Assembly (NCBI GenBank): GCA_965200875.1 | Contig: OZ241456.1 | Location: 1,280,001 to 1,344,000 of the forward strand | Source of the DNA: Bdellovibrionales bacterium | Lineage (GTDB): Bacteria > Bdellovibrionota > Bdellovibrionia > Bdellovibrionales > UBA1609 | Length of the DNA: 64,000 bases | Direction: 5' to 3' | Shown: positions 51,984 to 61,727 of the stretch, one piece after another | Numbering within the stretch: position 1 is the stretch's first letter | How the letters are laid out: each line of letters opens with the position of its first letter | Translations under genes and position numbers: made by a program | The notes under the pieces: generated by a model | The model's database searches: none | Told to the model about the DNA's origin: nothing | The model's input: the letters and a program-made list of their open reading frames with translations, nothing else

Positions 51984-52337
51984 ATGAAAAAGTTTTTCCA
52001 TTTTATAAATGCTTTTTTAAAGAGACCGGTTTGGCTGTTTATTGCCTGTTTCATTCTGGTTTGCGCACATTTGATTTTGGATGGAAGTTTTTTCCGAATG
52101 TTGCATCTTTATAACAGCCAGGAAGTGTTGAAAAATCGTATAAAGGATATACAAATTAAAAATACACTTGTGGAGGAGCGATTGAAAAAATTGGAGTCAG
52201 ATCCGCGTTTTCTGGAGCAGGAAGTTCGGGAGCGGTTCAATTTAGTGGGGGAAAAGGATATTATTTTTATTTTCCCGGATGAAGACAAGAGTCTTTTGGA
52301 TAAACAAGGTTCAATACATGCTATCAAATCAAAATGA
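51984..52337 (+). CDS. septum formation initiator (FtsB/DivIC family)
   Basis: TM helix, coiled coil and DPRFLEQEVRERFNLVGEKDIIFIF motif. Confidence 0.8.
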   Translation: MKKFFHFINAFLKRPVWLFIACFILVCAHLILDGSFFRMLHLYNSQEVLKNRIKDIQIKNTLVEERLKKLESDPRFLEQEVRERFNLVGEKDIIFIFPDEDKSLLDKQGSIHAIKSK

Positions 52338-54957
52338 CAAAACGCTTTATTTAGTTGATGTAAGCTCTTTGTTTTTCAGAGCTTATTATGCCATATCCAA
52401 TCAGCTGAGTAGTCCCAAGGGACTTCCCACAAATGCTTTATATGGCCTGCTTTCTATGACAGTTAAATTTATCGAAGATAATAAACCAAAGAATATGGTT
52501 TATTGTTTTGATCATGAAAAACCTTCCTTTCGCACAAAAATATACTCTGAGTATAAAGCCAACCGAGGAGAAATCCCGGAAAATTTGAAACTTCAAATAC
52601 CCTACATAAAAAAAATGATCTCCGCACTTGGTATTTGTATGGTGGAACAAGAGGGTTATGAAGCAGATGATCTCATTGGTTCGCTCGCAAAGAGAGCTCA
52701 AAAAGAAAATTTTAAGGTGATTATTATCAGTGGCGACAAAGACTTCGCACAGCTGGTATCCTCTTCTGTATCTCTTTATGATCCTATGAAGGAAGTGCAT
52801 TATGATATATCTGAGGTTCAAAAAAAGTGGGGAATACACCCTAATCAGATGAATGATTATCTGGCTATCGTGGGAGACAGCAGTGATAATATTCCTGGTG
52901 TGTTCGGCATTGGCCATAAAGGGGCACTGGAACTGCTGAAAGAGTATGGAAGTTTAGAGAAAATATATCAGAATTTGGACAACATTCAGAAGAAAATCGC
53001 GGAAAAATTAATAAACTCTGAACACCAAGCTTTTTTATCCAAAAAACTGGCTTGTATCAAAACAGATTTGGATTTAAAAAAAGCCGTTCCTTCTTTTCAG
53101 AAACAGGCTATTCAGACAGAAACACTCAGGGCATTACTGCAGGAATTGGGCTTTAAAAAATATGAAAAAAAGCTTTGCCCTTCCATACCTCCACAAACTG
53201 GTGCTGATTCCGCGCCTTCGCAAAGCAACTCCACTTTGCAAAGGGATTTGAAGTTCATAAAAAAACTGCCTTCCAATTTAAAAACACATATCCTGACATG
53301 GAATGAATTAAAAACACATATAAAGCCTTATAGCAAAGTCTGGTGCTTTTTAAGCCAACCGGGTTTGGAAGAAAAAAATAACTCTTCAAAAGATACAAGG
53401 GAACAATCTGTAAAAAAGCAATATTTTATAGCCTGTAAAAATAAAATAATTAGCTTGGAAAATCATTATTTAGAGAAGGTAGGGGATATGTTTTCCACAA
53501 AAAGGGTGAAATGGTGTGGATATGATTTAAAAACAATATGGAAAGACTTTATCTGCTCTCACCCTATACCACATTGGTGTTCGATGATTTCTGCTTATTT
53601 GATAGAGTCCAGTACACCAGGAGGAATGGAAAGATTGTCTGCTAAATATATAGACACGGAAATGAAAGACACTCTGACACCCGGTGAAGTGTATCAAATT
53701 CATAAAAGATTACAGAAGAAATTGGAAGATAAGCTTGAAGAATTAAATATGACAGATTTGTATCAACGCGTGGAGTTACCTCTTATCTCCGTCCTGTATG
53801 AAATGGAAAATAATGGAATTATGATAAATCCTATTGAGCTTAATCAACAGGCAAATGATGTGAATCAAAAAATTGAAATAATAGAACAGGAAATTTTTAA
53901 TCAGTCGAAACATGAATTTAATGTTTCCAGTCCAAAGCAGGTAGCTGAGGTGTTGTTTATGGAAATGGGTTTAACACCCATTAAAAAAATAAAAACCGGA
54001 TATTCCACGAATATAGAGGTTTTAAATAAACTGAAAGATCAGCATCCGATAGTCCCCTTGATTTTGGAGTATAGAGAACTTTTTAAACTCAAAACCACCT
54101 ATATAGAGGTTCTTCCTCCATTAATCAATATGAAAACAAGCCGAATACATACCCACTTCCAGCAAGCTTCTACCTCAACAGGCCGGATATCCAGTATAAG
54201 TCCCAATTTGCAAAATATTCCCATAAAGACAGAGACAGGCAGAAGAATCAGGAGAGCTTTTATGGCTCCTGACGGAAAAAAAATTATTTCTGCTGACTAT
54301 TCTCAGATTGAATTGAGGATTTTGGCTCACATTACAAAAGACCCGGCTCTTTGTGCCGCTTTTGAAAAAAACCTAGACATTCATAAAGCTACTGCCAGTG
54401 AAATTTACTCTATTCCTATTGATCAGGTGACCTCTGATTTAAGACGCTCCGCCAAGGCAGTGAACTTCGGATTAATATATGGGCAAGGCCCTTATACTCT
54501 CTCTGAATCTCTTGGTATTTCTGTATCTTTGGCCAATGAAATTATTGAAAGTTATTTTACCCGATTTAAAAAAGTAAAGGAATACATGGATTATTCTATT
54601 AAAACAGCACTGAAAAAAGGATATGTGGAAACCTTGTTTGGAAGACGACGAACTATCAAAGCAATTTCTGAAAAGCGTTTTCAAATTCAAAAATGGGGCG
54701 AGCGGGTGGCTATTAATACACCTATACAGGGCACAGCCAGTGATCTTATGAAAATGGCGATGGTTCAGCTAAGGGAGAACTTATTCTCCAAACTTTTACT
54801 TCAGATTCATGATGAGATGCTTTTTGAATGTAAAGACGAATGGTTGGAGGAAGAAACACAACAAATTAAAGATATTATGGAAAATGTAGTAAACTGGGAA
54901 ACACCTTTAAAAGTGAATATCAATATCGGACAAAATTGGGAAATCGTTCATTCCTGA
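52318..54957 (+). CDS. polA: DNA polymerase I
   Basis: YKANR, EADD, GDSSDNIPGV, ADYSQIELRILAH, AKAVNFGLIYG and QIHDE motifs. Confidence 0.97.
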   Translation: MLSNQNDKTLYLVDVSSLFFRAYYAISNQLSSPKGLPTNALYGLLSMTVKFIEDNKPKNMVYCFDHEKPSFRTKIYSEYKANRGEIPENLKLQIPYIKKMISALGICMVEQEGYEADDLIGSLAKRAQKENFKVIIISGDKDFAQLVSSSVSLYDPMKEVHYDISEVQKKWGIHPNQMNDYLAIVGDSSDNIPGVFGIGHKGALELLKEYGSLEKIYQNLDNIQKKIAEKLINSEHQAFLSKKLACIKTDLDLKKAVPSFQKQAIQTETLRALLQELGFKKYEKKLCPSIPPQTGADSAPSQSNSTLQRDLKFIKKLPSNLKTHILTWNELKTHIKPYSKVWCFLSQPGLEEKNNSSKDTREQSVKKQYFIACKNKIISLENHYLEKVGDMFSTKRVKWCGYDLKTIWKDFICSHPIPHWCSMISAYLIESSTPGGMERLSAKYIDTEMKDTLTPGEVYQIHKRLQKKLEDKLEELNMTDLYQRVELPLISVLYEMENNGIMINPIELNQQANDVNQKIEIIEQEIFNQSKHEFNVSSPKQVAEVLFMEMGLTPIKKIKTGYSTNIEVLNKLKDQHPIVPLILEYRELFKLKTTYIEVLPPLINMKTSRIHTHFQQASTSTGRISSISPNLQNIPIKTETGRRIRRAFMAPDGKKIISADYSQIELRILAHITKDPALCAAFEKNLDIHKATASEIYSIPIDQVTSDLRRSAKAVNFGLIYGQGPYTLSESLGISVSLANEIIESYFTRFKKVKEYMDYSIKTALKKGYVETLFGRRRTIKAISEKRFQIQKWGERVAINTPIQGTASDLMKMAMVQLRENLFSKLLLQIHDEMLFECKDEWLEEETQQIKDIMENVVNWETPLKVNINIGQNWEIVHS

Positions 54958-55066
54958 GCAGGTGAAACGGCTTGGCTATTATAAATATTTTGACAAACAA
55001 GATAAAATAAGACTATCTTTTTCAGAAGAGTATAATATTGTTCCCTAAAGATCAGAGGTATAAGCC

Positions 55067-55714
55067 GTGCGGTTATTTTATCTTATGTTTTTCCCACTTT
55101 TGTTTGTCTCCTGTGTTTCCTTGAAAAAAACCGATGTTTCAAATCAATCACAAAAGAAATCCGGGTCTGCCATTCCTGGTAATGAATTTCAAAGTGGAAT
55201 AGCGGGTTTTAAAGTACAGAAACCGGAAAAATGGCATTTTGTAACAGCTGAGGAATATACTGATAATTTAGAGAAAGTTAAATTGGATGATAAGGTTCTC
55301 CAAGAAAAACTGCGTCAGTATGCCACTTTGCCTTTAGTGGCTATTATGAAATATAAAGAACCGTATGATGATGTTAATCCTTCTTTTAAAGTTAACATAA
55401 GGCCACTTGGACCAATAGATGGTTCTGAACCTGTAAAGATTATTGATTTAATATTGCCTGCACTGAAACAAATGTTTCCAGATTTAAAAGTGAAATCCAA
55501 AAAAAACACTTCTATAGCGGGTTTAAAAGCTGGATACTCTTGGTTTGAATATACAATGAAATTATCAGATGGAAAAATGTTTCCCATTTCTTCTGAGATA
55601 TGGGTTGTTCCCAGAGGTAAGTATTTCTTTTTGTTGGGTTCGGGAACAAAAATTGGCGATGAGTCCGCCAGAAAAGAAATTCAAAACATCATTAAAACAG
55701 TGGAATTTATTTAA
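55067..55714 (+). CDS. hypothetical lipoprotein
   Basis: Lipobox FVSC. Confidence 0.65.
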   Translation: MRLFYLMFFPLLFVSCVSLKKTDVSNQSQKKSGSAIPGNEFQSGIAGFKVQKPEKWHFVTAEEYTDNLEKVKLDDKVLQEKLRQYATLPLVAIMKYKEPYDDVNPSFKVNIRPLGPIDGSEPVKIIDLILPALKQMFPDLKVKSKKNTSIAGLKAGYSWFEYTMKLSDGKMFPISSEIWVVPRGKYFFLLGSGTKIGDESARKEIQNIIKTVEFI

Positions 55715-55729
55715 TCGGGTAAAAATATA

Positions 55730-56911
55730 TCAGGGATGGTAGACGCAACGAAATCCGGTCTTGGGTCTGACTCTATCTGTTCGAAAAGAGGTATCTGCCG
55801 AAAAAATTCCGGCGGTTCTTTTATTGTTAAAACCCCCTCTTAACAGTCCTCCATCAAAACGACTTACTTGTATATAACCAAGTCCCCCAAAACTGCGGGT
55901 TCTGTCTCTTTCTATAATAGTATAATCTCTATCCGGTCCAAACAAATCTCTGAGGGAAGCATGCAACCTGGTCCCTATCTGGTACACATATCCAGTGCCA
56001 CGATGTTTTTGATACTGCTCTAAGCTGGTGATCTCATGTTTGACTATTTCAGCAATGTTTCCGGCAAAATCCCATATATATTCTGTATTTGTCAACTTAT
56101 GAGTTCTTTTATTCGGACTCCATTTTTTATCATTAATATCACCGTCACTACTTGTTTCTTTAATGCCTGCAATATTTCCTATATTTAACCGGTTATCAGA
56201 ACCAATACTCAGGTCACCTTTAGACCAATTTACCGGCTCTTGCTCAATATATCTCGCAATCGTTTGCCATTCCTTGTTGTTAATCAAATCATAGCCTTGG
56301 CCGTTTTCCTGGCAAAATTTAATGGCATTTGCTTCCGTGACCCGTTGTATAAGTTTACCATTTGCCAAAGCTTCAGCTTTGATCATTTCATTAGTGTATA
56401 GTTTGGGCAGATTTTTTCCTGACTGCACCTTTGCTTCATATTTCATTGCGCAAAAACTTGTGGAAGTGAATCCACTTAATTCAGGGACACCTATGTAGCC
56501 ATCCGGGCAAACGAAGTAGTTTGTGATACTTTTGCAAAGTAATCCGCGATCTCCTGCTTGGGAAACAGCAATTTGAATTCTCTCTTTTTTATTAACAATA
56601 CCGGTAATATCAGCGGAAATTTCCCATTTTTTCCGGCTACATATCGGGTATTGATCCAACGGATGTCCTGTAACATACACTCTGACTTCTGATTTATCTC
56701 TTTTACAGGTGCCGGATATAGTGTAATCACCAACATTAGAGCTGTCCATAGGGTCCAATTCATCAATGTCTGCGGTTTTTTCTGTACTGGTGTTAGCATT
56801 ACAGGTCGTATGATCAAATTGCACATATTTTTCACCCCGGGAACGGCTTGAGTCTGAACACGACAATAAAAGGAATAAAAAACCAATCAAAAAAAGTAAT
56901 GTTATTTTCAT
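55730..56911 (-). CDS. lipoprotein with FGE/SUMF1-like (C-type lectin fold) domain
   Basis: LLSC lipobox; FCAMKYEAK, LINNKEW, WDFAGNIAE, LRGG and GFRC motifs. Confidence 0.75.
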   Translation of the reverse strand: MKITLLFLIGFLFLLLSCSDSSRSRGEKYVQFDHTTCNANTSTEKTADIDELDPMDSSNVGDYTISGTCKRDKSEVRVYVTGHPLDQYPICSRKKWEISADITGIVNKKERIQIAVSQAGDRGLLCKSITNYFVCPDGYIGVPELSGFTSTSFCAMKYEAKVQSGKNLPKLYTNEMIKAEALANGKLIQRVTEANAIKFCQENGQGYDLINNKEWQTIARYIEQEPVNWSKGDLSIGSDNRLNIGNIAGIKETSSDGDINDKKWSPNKRTHKLTNTEYIWDFAGNIAEIVKHEITSLEQYQKHRGTGYVYQIGTRLHASLRDLFGPDRDYTIIERDRTRSFGGLGYIQVSRFDGGLLRGGFNNKRTAGIFSADTSFRTDRVRPKTGFRCVYHP

Positions 56912-57145
56912 TAGAATATCCTTACCCAGAGTTACATCATCAGAAAAATTCTTTAAACATTTAAAAAATAACATAAATAATAAAGGGGATTCAAAGATAT
57001 TAAGAATAGAAGAAAAATACTTTACCTTTGTTTATAGACTAAAGGCTGAAAAAACATCTCTCCCAAACTTATCTTCTGTCCACGAAATAAAAATAAAGAT
57101 ATAAAAAATTGTAATTGACAGTGTAACATTATAGAAAAGAAGACT

Positions 57146-57850
57146 ATGAATTTATTATTGTTTGGAGCACCTGGGACAGGTAAAGGCACACAATCTGCTT
57201 TTTTAACTTCCCACTATAAACTCTGTCATATCAGTACCGGTGATCTTTTTCGTAAAGCGTTAAATGAAAAAACTTCATTGGGTTTGAAAGCAGAGTCATA
57301 TATGTGCCAAGGCAAGCTGGTTCCTGATTCTATAGTGATCTCCCTCATAAAAGAAGTTCTTGTGAATCCTAGAAAAAACATAAAAAAAACAGATCAAAAC
57401 ACAGAAAAAAATATATGTTTCGAGACAAAGTTTTTTCGAGGCTTTATTTTGGATGGTTTTCCCAGAACTTTGGCACAAGCTGAATCTTTGGATTCTTTAT
57501 TAAGGGGCTTAAAGCTGAATTTGGATAAGGTTTTGCTTTTGAATGTACCGGAATCTATTTTAATTGAGCGGATTACAGGTCGGCGAGTGGCGAAAAAAAG
57601 TGGCCGAGTTTATCATATAAAATTCAGTCCTCCAAAAAAAGACGCTGTATGTGACACCACTGGAGAACCTCTTATACATAGGAAAGACGATAAAGAAGAG
57701 GTTATAAAAGCGCGACTTAAGACTTATCATAAACAAACATTTCCACTTATAGAATATTATCGCAAAAAAAATATTTTGTGTGAGTTAGATGGTTGTGGTT
57801 CTCCGAAAGAAGTATTCTTGCGCATTCAAAAGAAATTGCCAAAGCAGTAA
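57146..57850 (+). CDS. adk: adenylate kinase
   Basis: GAPGTGKGTQ, HISTGD, ILDGFPRT and RKDD motifs. Confidence 0.96.
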   Translation: MNLLLFGAPGTGKGTQSAFLTSHYKLCHISTGDLFRKALNEKTSLGLKAESYMCQGKLVPDSIVISLIKEVLVNPRKNIKKTDQNTEKNICFETKFFRGFILDGFPRTLAQAESLDSLLRGLKLNLDKVLLLNVPESILIERITGRRVAKKSGRVYHIKFSPPKKDAVCDTTGEPLIHRKDDKEEVIKARLKTYHKQTFPLIEYYRKKNILCELDGCGSPKEVFLRIQKKLPKQ

Positions 57851-57860
57851 TGAAGTAAAT

Positions 57861-58835
57861 TTATTCCACATTTTGAACTTGTTCCCGCAGTTTCTCAATA
57901 AGGCTTTTTGACTGAACGACTTCTTGTGTCAACTTAAAGTTCTGAGATTTGCCACCTATTGTGTTCATCTCTCTTATCATCTCCTGAAGATAAAAAGACA
58001 TTTTTTTTCCTATAGCACTGGAAGAGGCAATAAGAGTGCGAAAAGCTCTTATATGCTCTTCCATACGGCTGATTTCCTCGTTGATATCCATACGATTTAT
58101 CAAAACACCTATTAACTCCTCATCCGTTTTAAAACGAAACCGTGAGGAGTTTACAGTCTCTCCGACCCTCATGGTCTTCTTACCCTTGAAAGGTGGTAAA
58201 ACATTAGAACCGGAATTTTCAAATGGGAGCAATATACCTTCGTTGATCATATCATTTATTTTTTCCTTGAGATTTTTGCGCACCAATTTACTTTGTCTTT
58301 CTGAATGCTGTTTTATCTTTTGAAGAGAAAGCAAAAGATTTTTCGTGTACTTCTGAAAGTCTTTTTTTAAAGCCAGACCCTCACGCACCCTTTCTTTATT
58401 GCAACGATTAATGGCCATCTGCAAAAGAGTTTTTAATTTGTTTTTCTCCACAGTAGAAACAAGCACGGGTTGAGCATGAGTTTCCAAAATTCCCGGCTGT
58501 TGTATGAGATCGCGTAAATTCAGATTGTTTTCCATTTTTAAAGATACCGCCATTCGATGATAAAGTGCTTTCCACTGTACGGCTTGCTCTTTATTCCATT
58601 TTATTTTTGTTTGCTTTACAGGCCATGCCGGATTTCGGGTAATAAACAAATTAATGGACCCTCTATGGAATTTTTTTTGCAGGTCTTTCCTAAACTCCCC
58701 TTCCATTCCCGCGTAGAAAGGAGGTGTTTGTGCACGCACCTCAAAGTATTTGCTGTTATAGGATTGAACAACCACTTCAACATAACAATCTTTTGTTTTC
58801 CAACAGCTTATTCCGTATCCTGTCATACTGTTCAC
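57861..58835 (-). CDS. yicC: YicC/YloC family endoribonuclease
   Basis: SMTGYG, DINEEISR, QEMIREMNTIG and REQVQNVE motifs. Confidence 0.9.
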   Translation of the reverse strand: MNSMTGYGISCWKTKDCYVEVVVQSYNSKYFEVRAQTPPFYAGMEGEFRKDLQKKFHRGSINLFITRNPAWPVKQTKIKWNKEQAVQWKALYHRMAVSLKMENNLNLRDLIQQPGILETHAQPVLVSTVEKNKLKTLLQMAINRCNKERVREGLALKKDFQKYTKNLLLSLQKIKQHSERQSKLVRKNLKEKINDMINEGILLPFENSGSNVLPPFKGKKTMRVGETVNSSRFRFKTDEELIGVLINRMDINEEISRMEEHIRAFRTLIASSSAIGKKMSFYLQEMIREMNTIGGKSQNFKLTQEVVQSKSLIEKLREQVQNVE

Positions 58836-58868
58836 TTTTTACCTCCTGAATACATTGCTTTTTCTTTC

Positions 58869-59915
58869 CTAAAACGGATGACCAAAGGACACTATAATAT
58901 TGAATTGGTCCTTATTATATTGATTTTCCCCCGTTCCAAGACCTATGCCAAATTCTGCTCGTATTTTTTTATTGTAATCCGGTGGTAGACCGAAACGAAA
59001 ACCGCCTCCAAAAGAATACCGCGGTGGACGAAATATCTCATCATTAGCTGAACCAAAATCAAAGAATCCCGTAACTGTCAAAAAATTTAAAATAGTGTAT
59101 CTTAATTCTGTTTGTGATAAATAATAATTTTCTCCTCTAAAACGATTTAATCTGTAACCACGCAACATATTTGAGCCTCCCAATGAAAATCGAAACGAAT
59201 AACTGGAAGGGTTAAGAAAAGTCAGCCCGGCCATTCCTCTTACAGCCACCACTAAGTTTTCCATTAAAGAAAAAAACAGCCGAATATCCCCTTCCAACAA
59301 AACAGGGCTGGGCATACGGGATAACAACCAGGATTGCACTTGATAATACTCCCCTTCCGTTGGATTAAAATAATTATTTCTGGAATCATATCTTACCAAA
59401 AAACCACCTGATAAAATTGATTCTTGAGGAAACAACTCAGTTTCACTACTTTTTTCTTTTCTATAATCAAATCGAATAAAAGCCCCTCCATACAAACTTT
59501 CATATATTCTGGATACATACTCCATCCGCACATATACCTTATGTGTAGGAATGTCTTTTTTATTATCTGCATCAGTTTCACTACCCTCCCCATAATAAGG
59601 TTCACTAAAACCATCATATAAAGCTTCAAAATCAAATTGATCGCCGTTTTTTCTCCAATATTTATAAGAAAAAACCGTGGAAAAAAAGAGATCCATGCTG
59701 AAAGCACTTTCCAGTGCAGTGTAATAACCCGTATCACCAACCGGGTATATAAAAAATCGGCCACCAGGAATATGACCATAAGTGGAATTATGAGAATAAG
59801 AAGGAACAATAGCCCACTTTTGATTGTTATCATCTGTTGAAGTAAACCAGGAAGGCCCCCCGGCAAAAGACAACACAGAAAAAAAACACACTAAGTATAA
59901 GAAAAATACTTTCAT
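58869..59915 (-). CDS. BamA/TamA-family outer membrane beta-barrel protein
   Basis: Signal peptide; YDSRNN..NPTEG and LGGSNMLRGY motifs; C-terminal F. Confidence 0.8.
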   Translation of the reverse strand: MKVFFLYLVCFFSVLSFAGGPSWFTSTDDNNQKWAIVPSYSHNSTYGHIPGGRFFIYPVGDTGYYTALESAFSMDLFFSTVFSYKYWRKNGDQFDFEALYDGFSEPYYGEGSETDADNKKDIPTHKVYVRMEYVSRIYESLYGGAFIRFDYRKEKSSETELFPQESILSGGFLVRYDSRNNYFNPTEGEYYQVQSWLLSRMPSPVLLEGDIRLFFSLMENLVVAVRGMAGLTFLNPSSYSFRFSLGGSNMLRGYRLNRFRGENYYLSQTELRYTILNFLTVTGFFDFGSANDEIFRPPRYSFGGGFRFGLPPDYNKKIRAEFGIGLGTGENQYNKDQFNIIVSFGHPF

Positions 59916-60598
59916 TATTGAACTTTTATTAACTGCACTTCAAAAATCAAAACAGAGTCAGGTGGAATACCGGAAGTGCCACCAGAACCATAACCCAGTT
60001 CAGGAGGAATATAAAATTCATACTTCGCCCCCTCCTTCATCAGCTGAAGCCCTTCCGTCCAACCCTTAATCACTCCATTCAGAGGGAAGGTAATGGTTTT
60101 ATTTCTCTTGTAAGAACTGTCAAATTCCGTTCCATCTATGAGGGAACCGCGATAGTGCACTTCCACTGTATCAGTAGCAGAAGGGCTTTTACCCTCACCC
60201 GCTTTTAGAACTTTGTATTGCAAACCAGAAGCGGTTGTTTTTACCCCCGGTTTTTTTTTGTTTTCTTCTAAAAATTTCATGCCCTTCTCCTTTTGTTTTG
60301 GTTTTTCTTTCGGAGCTGTCCTGCCAAGATTACTTTCAAGTTTTTTCATTTCGCTTATATCCATCAACATTTTTCCTTCCAGACCATCACGCACTCCAAC
60401 GAGAAAGATTTTTTTCTGCTCCTCGTTTTTACTGAAAAGCTCTTTTTTTGCGTAGCTACCCAGCTGATAACCAAAAAGATAAGCCATTTTTGACTCCGTG
60501 TCTGTTTTTATCTGTTTCTTAATCTGTTTGTCTTTATAGGAACAAGAGCTGGAAAAAACAACAGCAATCAGAACAACAACATATATAAGAAAATTCAT
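59915..60598 (-). CDS. FKBP-type peptidyl-prolyl isomerase lipoprotein
   Basis: TASGLQY, VHYRG, FDSS, VIKGWTEGLQLM and LGYG motifs. Confidence 0.95.
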   Translation of the reverse strand: MNFLIYVVVLIAVVFSSSCSYKDKQIKKQIKTDTESKMAYLFGYQLGSYAKKELFSKNEEQKKIFLVGVRDGLEGKMLMDISEMKKLESNLGRTAPKEKPKQKEKGMKFLEENKKKPGVKTTASGLQYKVLKAGEGKSPSATDTVEVHYRGSLIDGTEFDSSYKRNKTITFPLNGVIKGWTEGLQLMKEGAKYEFYIPPELGYGSGGTSGIPPDSVLIFEVQLIKVQ

Positions 60599-60774
60599 AA
60601 CATTCCTCCATTTTTTATAGTGATAATAATGTATTAACAGATGTTTTCCACCCGGATGAATAGTGAATAAGTTAAGTGCGCATAAAAATCAAGCAATCAC
60701 AGCGCGTTAAGAGGTTTTTCAAAAGGAGAATAACGCTTATAACATAAAAACCAATATGGTATAATAATGGAAAT

Positions 60775-61722
60775 ATGTATTTTCACATTAAAGAAAATAT
60801 CAGTTGTTTTGTCCTGCATGGTTCTAGGCTGAAGGTTCAGTTTTCTGTGATTCAACTACATACGAGCAATACCTCAGGCCAAAAGTTAAGGCGGTTGTTT
60901 TTACGAATAACTTGGTTAGTCCCGATTTTTTTTCTGGGAGCTTATGGCAACACCTCTCCCTTTTGCCAATCAGCTTTTGATAGCAAAAAAGAAAAAACTC
61001 AGGAAGAACATACCTTACAGCTGGCCATACAAGCTGAAAGTTTCTTTAAGAATTATCATATATCTCAACAAAAAAATGAAACCTTAACCAAGCTCTTATT
61101 TGAGATTGAAAACATACTATCTCGTTGGCAAAACACGCAATATCCACTTCATCCCCATGAATTTATAATTTTGAAAAGAAAAATCAAACGGGTGGAAAGC
61201 ATTTTACACCAACCAATTAACAATATAATTAAACAACAGACACAACCTGACTGGAAACAGCTTATGGAAAATCCTTCTTTAATTAAAGCCAATACCCCTT
61301 ATTTTATAGAGTGGCCCAACATGAGAGGAACAGCGTATATTTTCTTTAGTGATAATATTGTTGACACATTTTTCAATCCAAAAAGAAATTCTGATTTTCA
61401 AAGCAATCACCTAGAAGTAGCCAGAAGAAATATCAATGCTTTGATAAACGGTTATACCAATGGAGATTCAACCGGCATAAGAATACTAAGAAGAGGCCAG
61501 AAAAGAACAGCCACATCTACCACCCGGCGACGGTATAATAAATTGTTTGAAATCCGAACTCTTGGAAAAACAGCCGGACATATTCGGATAGGAGGCTTTA
61601 TTTACAAAAACAAGTTATACATTGTGCATTATGTAACAGGTGAGCATAACAAAAACCGACATGCTCTTATTCACATATTACTTAAAAAACAGGAACAATT
61701 TATCCATAATGGAATATATTAA
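60775..61722 (+). CDS. exported hypothetical protein with possible C-terminal RelE/ParE-like fold
   Basis: Signal-like FLRITWLVPIFFLGAYG (start possibly TTG 60895) then CQSAF; C-terminal YIFFS..GIRIL..LFEIR..HIRIGGF..LYIVH. Confidence 0.5.
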   Translation: MYFHIKENISCFVLHGSRLKVQFSVIQLHTSNTSGQKLRRLFLRITWLVPIFFLGAYGNTSPFCQSAFDSKKEKTQEEHTLQLAIQAESFFKNYHISQQKNETLTKLLFEIENILSRWQNTQYPLHPHEFIILKRKIKRVESILHQPINNIIKQQTQPDWKQLMENPSLIKANTPYFIEWPNMRGTAYIFFSDNIVDTFFNPKRNSDFQSNHLEVARRNINALINGYTNGDSTGIRILRRGQKRTATSTTRRRYNKLFEIRTLGKTAGHIRIGGFIYKNKLYIVHYVTGEHNKNRHALIHILLKKQEQFIHNGIY

Positions 61723-61727
61723 AATTA

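Noticed and set aside
55730..56000. DGR target (C-type lectin fold ending GFRC)
   Set aside because: No second copy of the 3' region and no reverse transcriptase seen in this window; cannot be excluded elsewhere
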